From the NCBI GenBank assembly GCA_965261005.1, contig OZ253375.1:544001-608000 (forward strand): a stretch of 64,000 bases of DNA, written 5' to 3'. This stretch comes from Deinococcus sp. Its GTDB lineage: Bacteria > Deinococcota > Deinococci > Deinococcales > Deinococcaceae. A program made the translations under genes and the position numbers. This document shows positions 57,359-64,000 of this stretch, piece after piece; the first letter of the stretch is position 1; each line of letters starts with the position of its first letter. Under the pieces are notes generated by a model. The model was given only the letters and a program-made list of their open reading frames with translations, had not been told where the DNA came from and did not search any database.

Positions 57359-57972
57359 CCCTGATTCCCCGCGACCCCCTGATCGCCTTGGTGCTGGTGG
57401 CGGTCTTTTTGTTGGGTCTGATACTGCACGGCGCGGCGCAAAGCGCTTTGGCCGCCCGTTTGGGCGACCGGACCGCCGTGCAGGCCGGCTTTGGGGGATT
57501 GGGGTTCCAGCCTCACTTCTCGGTGGTCGGCGTGCTGCTGTATCTGCTGCTGGGCCTGGGCCTCACCCGCCCGGTGCCGCTGCACCTCTCCGGGCGGCGG
57601 GCGGCGGCCGTGCTGCTGAGCGGCCCCCTGGTTTTGTGGCTGTGGGCCTTGCTCGTGATGGCCGTGCGCCAACCTCTGCAACCGCTCTTTCCCGGCGCAG
57701 ACGTGATCTTTCAGGGCCTTCAGGGCGCCGCCAAGGCCACGCTGCTGCACGCCGCCTTTTACCTGCTCCCGCTGCCGCCGCTGGACGGGGGCCGCGCCGC
57801 CGCTCTCCTCGGCGGGCGCGAGTGGCGCGGCCTGCTGGGACAGTTCGCCAGCGCGGCCCCGTGGGCGCTGTACCTGGTGTGGCTGGCGCTGTGGCTCAGC
57901 GGCGCCGTGAACGCCGTGCTGACGCCGCTGTGGACCTTGATGCAGACCATTTTGGGCTGGCTGCCGTATTGA
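57343..57972 (+). CDS. Site-2 protease (M50)-like membrane protein with degenerate active site
   Basis: A.RLGD.T, SGP and LLPLPPLDGG motifs; HEXXH replaced by HGAAQ. Confidence 0.7.
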   Translation: MFGPLTLIPRDPLIALVLVAVFLLGLILHGAAQSALAARLGDRTAVQAGFGGLGFQPHFSVVGVLLYLLLGLGLTRPVPLHLSGRRAAAVLLSGPLVLWLWALLVMAVRQPLQPLFPGADVIFQGLQGAAKATLLHAAFYLLPLPPLDGGRAAALLGGREWRGLLGQFASAAPWALYLVWLALWLSGAVNAVLTPLWTLMQTILGWLPY

Positions 57973-57990
57973 GCCGCTGTCTCAAAGCGG

Positions 57991-59055
57991 TCAGGCCGGC
58001 GGCGTCAGCAGCCGGGGTGTGCGGCCTGTTTGGCGGGCGTACTCGGCGGCAATTCGCTCGCCGGCCGCGCGGCCCTTGCCCAGCCGCGCCAGCATGACCA
58101 CGCTGCCGCCGAAGCCGCCCCCGGTCAGACGGGCGCCGAAGATGTCGCTCTCAGCGCGCGCCAGCTCGACGATCAGGTCAATCTCGGGCACGGAGATTTG
58201 GTAATCGCCCTGCATGGAGGCGTGCGAGGCGTAGAACAGTTCGCCCAGCCGCGCCAAGTCGCCCGCTTTCAGGGCGGCCACCGCCTCCAGCACCCGCGCG
58301 TTCTCGGTGACGATGTGCCGCGCCCGGCGGTTCAGGGGTTCTGGCAGCGCCTCAACGCGCGGCAAGTCTTCTCGGCTCAAATCGCGCAAACTCGCCACGC
58401 CCAGCAGCCCGGCGGCGCGCTCGCACTCGGCGCGGCGGGTGTTGTAGTCGCCGCCGGCGTGGTTGTGCTCCACGCCCGAGTGCAGCACGACCAGCTCGAG
58501 GTTCCCCGGCAGCGCCACCCGCTCGAAACTCAGGTCGCGGCAATCGAGAAACAGCGCCTCGCCCTCCCTCGCCAGCGAGCAGGCCATCTGGTCCATGATG
58601 CCGACGTTCGCACCGACCAAGCCGTTCTCGGCGCGCTGGGCCAGGCGGGCGATCTCCACGTCGTCCAGCTTGAGGCCGTAGAGCTTGCCCAGCCCGCGCA
58701 GCAGGGCGACCAGCAGCGCCGCCGAACTGGACAAACCAGAGCCGAACGGCACGTCGGAGGCGATGCGAACCGAGAAACCGCCGAGTTCATGGCCGTCCCC
58801 CGCGAGTTCCTGGGTGACGCCCTGCACGTAGTCGAGCCAAGTCCCCAGGCGCACTTCCTCGCCCAGCTGATAGCTGGCCCGCTCGCCGAGATCGGCGGCG
58901 GTGGCATGAACCGTCTTGTCCGGCCGCCCTTCCAGCAGCACGGTCGTCTCCTGCGGAATGGCCGTGGGCAACACGAACCCCTCGTTGTAGTCGGTGTGCT
59001 CGCCGATCAGGTTGACCCGACCCGGCGCGTGGGCGCTGACCTCGGCAGGACTCAC
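57991..59055 (-). CDS. galK: Galactokinase
   Basis: PGRVNLIGEHTDYN, GSGLSSSAA, GIMDQ and GARLTGGGFGG motifs. Confidence 0.96.
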   Translation of the reverse strand: MSPAEVSAHAPGRVNLIGEHTDYNEGFVLPTAIPQETTVLLEGRPDKTVHATAADLGERASYQLGEEVRLGTWLDYVQGVTQELAGDGHELGGFSVRIASDVPFGSGLSSSAALLVALLRGLGKLYGLKLDDVEIARLAQRAENGLVGANVGIMDQMACSLAREGEALFLDCRDLSFERVALPGNLELVVLHSGVEHNHAGGDYNTRRAECERAAGLLGVASLRDLSREDLPRVEALPEPLNRRARHIVTENARVLEAVAALKAGDLARLGELFYASHASMQGDYQISVPEIDLIVELARAESDIFGARLTGGGFGGSVVMLARLGKGRAAGERIAAEYARQTGRTPRLLTPPA

Positions 59056-60143
59056 AGTTCCAGCACCGCCGGTCGCTCGCCGTGTCCCGTGCTCACGGTC
59101 GGCCAGGCCGGGTCCAGGGTCAGCACCTCGGATACGCCCGCCGCGCCGATCAAAACCGTGTCCTCGATTTTGGCGCCGGTCACGCTGGGGTTCCAGGCCA
59201 GCGCCATGCCGGGACCGAGCACGTCGTGGGTGGCGGGCGTGGCCACCCGCTCGCGCGACAGGTAGCCGGTGGGACCACCCTGGTGGTGCTGGAGAATCTC
59301 ACCCGGCTCGCCCACCTCGGCGTAGGCGCGGCGCGCCACCTCGTAGAGGTCGTCCAGGCGCGCGCCCGGCTGGCTGGCGGCCCACAGCTTCCCCTCGACC
59401 TCGCGCACCTGAGCGTGCCGCTCGCGGTGAACATCGTCCGGCGGCCCGAAGCTCAGGAAGCGGGTCAGGTTGGCGTAGAGGCCCCCGCCGCGCGCACAAA
59501 AGACCATCGCGGCGTAGCCATTCAGTAGCTCGTCCTTCACCGTGAAGTGGCGGTACAGGCCCAGCCGCCTTCTTCCCGCCGCCAGGATCAGGGCGGGTTC
59601 CAGGCCGCGCTCGCGGAGGGCGCGTGCCCCCTCGGCGGCCAGGCGCGCCTCGGTCCAATCCGGCTCGGCCTTTTGCATGGCCGCCGTCATGGCTTCGGCG
59701 GCCGTGCGGCCCACCGCGCGGTAGCGTTCCTGCTCCGCTTCCAGCAGCGTCCAGCGCAGCAGCTCGGTTCCAGGGGGCAAGGGGTCTTCCCCCGCCTGCG
59801 GGCGGTCGCTCAGGACGTGGCCGCCGCCGATCAACTCGCGCGCCAGCTTTTCACGCGCGGCGGAATCTGCCCAAGGAGAGTCGCGCACCTCCAGGGGGCC
59901 GACGATCTCCTCGTCCCTCAGCCTCTGCGCCTCGATGTTGTCGCACAGGACGTAAGCGCCGTTCTTGGTCACGACCAGCTCGGCCACCCCGGTTTCCAAG
60001 GCCAGCAGCACGACGTTCGAGCCGCCCGCCGTGGCCCAAAAGAACCACTCGCTGCCGCGCAGCCGCAGGGCGCCCGCGCCGGTCCTCTCCAGCACCTTCA
60101 GCAGACGGCCCAGCTTGGCGGCCACCTCCGAGACGCGGTTCAA
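59052..60143 (-). CDS. M24 (pita-bread) family protein with altered metal ligands
   Basis: YRH, YANLTR, HHQGG, WNPS and KIEDT motifs; TTG start overlapping the galT stop. Confidence 0.8.
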   Translation of the reverse strand: MNRVSEVAAKLGRLLKVLERTGAGALRLRGSEWFFWATAGGSNVVLLALETGVAELVVTKNGAYVLCDNIEAQRLRDEEIVGPLEVRDSPWADSAAREKLARELIGGGHVLSDRPQAGEDPLPPGTELLRWTLLEAEQERYRAVGRTAAEAMTAAMQKAEPDWTEARLAAEGARALRERGLEPALILAAGRRRLGLYRHFTVKDELLNGYAAMVFCARGGGLYANLTRFLSFGPPDDVHRERHAQVREVEGKLWAASQPGARLDDLYEVARRAYAEVGEPGEILQHHQGGPTGYLSRERVATPATHDVLGPGMALAWNPSVTGAKIEDTVLIGAAGVSEVLTLDPAWPTVSTGHGERPAVLEL

Positions 60144-61303
60144 GGCTGTACCTTCAGCTCGCGCAGTTCGCGCGCCCCCACCTCGGGCAGCGCGTCGTTG
60201 GCGAACACGCCCGCCCCCTGCTCGGTGCCGGCCAGGTACTTGAGCTTGCCGGGGGCGCGCAGGGCCGGGTAAAACTCGAACCTGAGCGGCCACTCGGGAT
60301 ACGCTTCGCCGTCCGTGGGCGCCCGGTCTGTAGGGGCTTGGTGCAACGTCATCAGGTACGGCATCGGCTGGCCGAAGAGGGCGTCGTAGCGTTTGAGGAC
60401 GTCTTGCAGCAGGGCGGCCAAGGCGGCGCGTTCCCCGGCATTCAAGTCGGAGAGGTACGCGACCGGCCGTTTGGGCAACAGCCACACCTCGTAGGCGTAG
60501 CGCGCGAAGGGGGGCACCAAGCTGAGCGCGTGTTCATTTTCGGCGACGACGCGGGCGCCGCTCGCCAGCTCTTCTCGCAGCAGCGTTTGCGCGAAGTTCT
60601 CGCCGGTTCGCGCGAGGTGTTCCCGCGCCAATTCGAGCGCCCGCCCCTGCACCGGCGGCACGAAGCCGTAGGCGTAGATTTGGCCGTGCGGGTGGTGCAG
60701 CGTCACGCCGACCTCCACGCCCCGGTTCTCGAAGGGGAGGACGTAGCGAATCTCCGGGCGCGCGCCCAGCTCAGCCGTGCGGTCGGCCCACACGTCCAGC
60801 AGCAGAAGGGCGTGGTCCGGCGGCAAGGTCGCCAGGCCGCCCTGCGGGTCCTGGCTGAAGACCACGACCTCACAGCTTCCCACGCCCGGCGCGCTCAACA
60901 CGCCCGGCAGCTCCGGCGCCGGGCCGGGGTCGGGCGCCAGCGACGGGAAGCGGTTCTCGAACACGGCGATGTCGTAGCGCCCCGGCGGCAGCTCGGTGGG
61001 GGCGCCGCCGCTTTGGGTGGGCGCCAGCGGGTTGAATCCCGGCGGCGGCAGAAAGGGGCGGTTTTGGCGGTAGGCGGCGTAGATCACCCACTCGCCGCGC
61101 AGCGGGTGCCAACGCAGGTGAGGATGGGCGTCCACTGAGTCCGGCGAGGGCGAGGGGATCTCCCCCGTCACCTCGACGGGCTGCCGGCCGTACAGCCACA
61201 GCGGGCGACCGTCCGGCTTGAGGAAGTCGGCCCGGAAGAAGCGGCCTGGGTTCGGGCCACTTGGGTTCGGTGTGTCGAGCGTCTTTGCTTTCGCTTCTTT
61301 CAT
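60140..61303 (-). CDS. galT: Galactose-1-phosphate uridylyltransferase
   Basis: R..PL.GEWV, FENRFP, FENRG and HPHGQ motifs. Confidence 0.93.
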   Translation of the reverse strand: MKEAKAKTLDTPNPSGPNPGRFFRADFLKPDGRPLWLYGRQPVEVTGEIPSPSPDSVDAHPHLRWHPLRGEWVIYAAYRQNRPFLPPPGFNPLAPTQSGGAPTELPPGRYDIAVFENRFPSLAPDPGPAPELPGVLSAPGVGSCEVVVFSQDPQGGLATLPPDHALLLLDVWADRTAELGARPEIRYVLPFENRGVEVGVTLHHPHGQIYAYGFVPPVQGRALELAREHLARTGENFAQTLLREELASGARVVAENEHALSLVPPFARYAYEVWLLPKRPVAYLSDLNAGERAALAALLQDVLKRYDALFGQPMPYLMTLHQAPTDRAPTDGEAYPEWPLRFEFYPALRAPGKLKYLAGTEQGAGVFANDALPEVGARELRELKVQP

Positions 61304-61337
61304 AGCTTTCCCTCGCCCAGCCTAACAGATCCGGCCC

Positions 61338-62327
61338 TCAAGACGACTTTCGGCCCGAGAGTTGATTTTGCAGCACCACCACGATCAGCAAAAAGGCCCC
61401 GCGAATCACCGATTGCCAGTAAGCGCTCAGGCTGATGGTGCCGCGCCCGTTCTCGAAGTTGAGCAAGTTGAAGATCAGGCCCAGCAGCAGCACGCCGACC
61501 AGGGTGGTCCACACCGACCCCAGGCCCCCCGTCAGCAGCGTGCCGCCCACAACCACGGCGGCGATGGCGGTCAGTTCCCAGCCCAGCCCCTCGGTCGGCT
61601 GCCCCGCCCCGTAGGCCGAGGCCAAGATCACGCCGGCCAGGCCCGCGAGGGCGCCCGAAAGGGTGTACACCGCCAGCTTGACCCGGTCCACCGGCAGGCC
61701 CATCAAGCGGGCGGCCTCCTCATTGCCGCCGATAGCCAGGGCGTAGCGCAGGGAGCGCGTGAAGCGCAGCGCCACCACGCCGATCAGGTACGCCGCGCCC
61801 AAAAGCAGGGCGGTGTACGGCACGCCGCCGAGGTTCCCCTGCCCAAAGGCGGTGAAGCCGTGGTCGTAGTCCACCGACACCGACTGGTTGCCGGCAAAGA
61901 GCAGCGCGAGGCCGCGCGCCGCCAGCAAGGTCGCCAGCGTGGCGATAAAGGGCAGGATGCGCAACCACACGATCAGCAGGCCGTTCAGCAGTCCGACCAG
62001 CGCCGCCGCCCCCACCGCCCCGAGCAGGGCGGGCCACAGGCCGTACTTGCTCAGCAGGGCCGCCACCACGCTCGAAAGCGCCGCGACGCTGCCGACCGAC
62101 AAATCAATGCCGCCCGTCATGATGACAAAGGTCATGCCGAGGGCGATCAAACCGAACATCGAGTTGTAGCCCAGCACGGTGAAGATGTTGTAGCTGCTCA
62201 GAAAGCCGTCGTAGCGCAGCGCGCCGAACAGGATCAGCAAGGCGAGGGCCAACAGCACGCCGTAGCGCTGCACCAAGCTGGCCAGGCGACCCCCCCGTTT
62301 GGTGTCAGGAATGGGCGCGCTGGTCAT
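61338..62327 (-). CDS. Sugar ABC transporter permease (YjfF-like)
   Basis: GGIDLSVG, GGNEEAARLMG and ELTAIAAVVVGG motifs. Confidence 0.9.
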   Translation of the reverse strand: MTSAPIPDTKRGGRLASLVQRYGVLLALALLILFGALRYDGFLSSYNIFTVLGYNSMFGLIALGMTFVIMTGGIDLSVGSVAALSSVVAALLSKYGLWPALLGAVGAAALVGLLNGLLIVWLRILPFIATLATLLAARGLALLFAGNQSVSVDYDHGFTAFGQGNLGGVPYTALLLGAAYLIGVVALRFTRSLRYALAIGGNEEAARLMGLPVDRVKLAVYTLSGALAGLAGVILASAYGAGQPTEGLGWELTAIAAVVVGGTLLTGGLGSVWTTLVGVLLLGLIFNLLNFENGRGTISLSAYWQSVIRGAFLLIVVVLQNQLSGRKSS

Positions 62328-63319
62328 GCATACCTCGGGCGGCTGACGTAGACGGCCACGATGATAATGGCGGCCTTGACGACCAGGGCGGCGGCGTCGG
62401 GCACGCCGTTCGCCAGCAGCGTGTAGCGGATCAGTTGCAAGATCAGCGCGCCCAGCAGGGTGCCCAGCACGCTGGCCCGCCCGCCCGTGAGAGGGGTGCC
62501 GCCCACCGCGACCGCCGCGATGGCGTCCAACTCCATGTTCTGGCCCACCTGGTTGGCGTCCGACGAGGAGTTGATGGCGATCACGACCAGACCGGCCAGG
62601 CCCGCCAAGAGGCCGCTGAGGCCGTAGACCGCCAGCTTGACGCCGCTGACCGGCACACCCGAGAGGCGCGCGGCTGACTCGTTGCCGCCCACCGCCAGCA
62701 CGTAGCGGCCGAACACCGTGCGCCGCAGTATCCAGGCGAACAGCGCCACCAGCAGCAGCATCACGATCACCTGAAACGGGACGCCCAGCGGCCGGCCCAG
62801 ACCGACGTACTGAAAGGCGGGATTGCGAAAGGTCTGGAGGTTGCCGTTGGTGAGCACCTGCGCGACGCCGCGCCCGGCGATGAACAGGATCAGGGTGGCG
62901 ATAAAGGGCTGAATGCGAAAGCGCGTGATCAGGGCGCCGTTGAACAGGCCGAAGGCGCCGGCCGCCAAGATGGGCAGCAGGTAAGCCAGCCCCACCCCCA
63001 GCGCGGGGCTGCCCAGGGGCGGGTTCACGAACAGCATCGGCGCCAGCGCCCCGCTGATCGCCATGAGGGCGCCCACCGAGAGGTCAATTCCCCCCGTGGC
63101 GATCACCAGCGTCATGCCCACGCCCACGATTACGACGGTGGCGACCTGGGTCAAGTTGACGTTGAGGGTCTGCGCGTTCAAGAAGTTGGGCGTGAAGAGG
63201 GCGTTGTAGAGCAAGAGGGCCAGCAGGGCGAGCAAGGGTCCCAGCAGCGAGCCGCTCCAGGAAAAGGGGCGCCGAACCGGACGGGCGGGCGACGGAACGG
63301 CCCGCTCTTGCCGGCTCAC
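62324..63319 (-). CDS. Sugar ABC transporter permease (YtfT-like)
   Basis: GGIDLSVG, IQPFIATL and ELDAIAAV motifs; GTGA coupling to the ATPase. Confidence 0.9.
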   Translation of the reverse strand: MSRQERAVPSPARPVRRPFSWSGSLLGPLLALLALLLYNALFTPNFLNAQTLNVNLTQVATVVIVGVGMTLVIATGGIDLSVGALMAISGALAPMLFVNPPLGSPALGVGLAYLLPILAAGAFGLFNGALITRFRIQPFIATLILFIAGRGVAQVLTNGNLQTFRNPAFQYVGLGRPLGVPFQVIVMLLLVALFAWILRRTVFGRYVLAVGGNESAARLSGVPVSGVKLAVYGLSGLLAGLAGLVVIAINSSSDANQVGQNMELDAIAAVAVGGTPLTGGRASVLGTLLGALILQLIRYTLLANGVPDAAALVVKAAIIIVAVYVSRPRYA

Positions 63320-64000
63320 GACCCTCCCCCGTGTACCCCAAGACTGGGCGCCGCAGCCCCGTGCGCCATCGCGCTCATGATGGCGTCCTGGGTCAGGGCC
63401 TCCCCCGGCAGCTCGGCCACGCTGCGCCCGTCGTCCAGCACCGTCACGCGCCCGGCCCCCTCGGCCAGCTCCTCCAGCTCGCTGGAGATCATCAGCACGC
63501 CCAGCCCCTCGCGCGCCAGCTCGTCGATCAGGGCCTGAATCTCGGCCTTGGCGCCCACGTCGATGCCGCGGGTCGGCTCGTCGAGGATCAGCAGGCGCGG
63601 GTTCAGACACAGCCAGCGGGCCAACAGCACCTTTTGCTGGTTGCCCCCCGATAATTCGCGGATGGGCTGCTCCGGCCCGGCGGTCTTGATGCCCAGCCGC
63701 TGAATAAAGCGCGCCACGATCTCCTGCTGACGGGCGGTATCCACCACGCCCGCCTTCGAGAGGGCCGGCAGCAGCGCCAGGGTCAGGTTCTCGCGCACGC
63801 TCATCTGCGGCACGATGCCCAGGGTCTTGCGGTCCTCGCTGCAAAAGCCGAGGCCCGCCCGGATGGCGTCCCCCGGCGAGCGGAAGTGGACCCGCCGCCC
63901 CCCGAAGCTGACCTCGCCACCGTCCAAATCGTCGGCCCCGAAGATCACCCGCGCCGTCTCGGTTCGCCCCGAGCCGAGCAGCCCGGCCAAGCCCACGATC
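63316..64000 (-). CDS. Sugar ABC transporter ATP-binding protein (C-terminal part; 5' end beyond the window)
   Basis: GLLGSGRTE, LSGGNQQKV and LDEPTRGIDVGAK motifs. Confidence 0.92.
   Translation of the reverse strand, partial: IVGLAGLLGSGRTETARVIFGADDLDGGEVSFGGRRVHFRSPGDAIRAGLGFCSEDRKTLGIVPQMSVRENLTLALLPALSKAGVVDTARQQEIVARFIQRLGIKTAGPEQPIRELSGGNQQKVLLARWLCLNPRLLILDEPTRGIDVGAKAEIQALIDELAREGLGVLMISSELEELAEGAGRVTVLDDGRSVAELPGEALTQDAIMSAMAHGAAAPSLGVHGGGS

Noticed and set aside
60144..60485. Long N-terminal extension of the M24 ORF
   Set aside because: Overlaps galT; TTG at 60143 gives a normal 4-nt coupling.

Overview
GC-rich core-chromosome segment of a Deinococcota (Deinococcus-like) bacterium. 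The assignment rests on the lineage-specific RpoC N-terminal insertion, the TTG-started rpoC, the DUF4384/PEGA envelope protein and pervasive leaderless TANNNT-(5-7 nt)-start promoters. It carries rpoBC, pgi, pgm, trpS, scpA, dnaX, hemL, trmL, ispF, nhaA, ptb-buk, an HtrA protease, a tRNA nucleotidyltransferase, many transporters and the 3' end of a sugar-ABC-galT-M24-galK operon. Accessory elements include HepT/MntA and VapBC toxin-antitoxin pairs, a GTAG REP-like palindrome, two boxC-like triplex repeats and a ~125-bp MITE-like element. The most interesting signal is absent from the ORF track. The 13112-13551 intergenic region holds a self-contained minus-strand unit with a -10 box, a structured leader, a 53-aa basic/amphipathic peptide and a terminator. 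Its 5' and 3' ends are complementary, and a promoter inside the ORF would drive a ~60-nt antisense hairpin RNA across the start codon. This is the architecture of a type I toxin-antitoxin system that I cannot assign to a known family. All calls are from motif recognition by eye; no searches were run.
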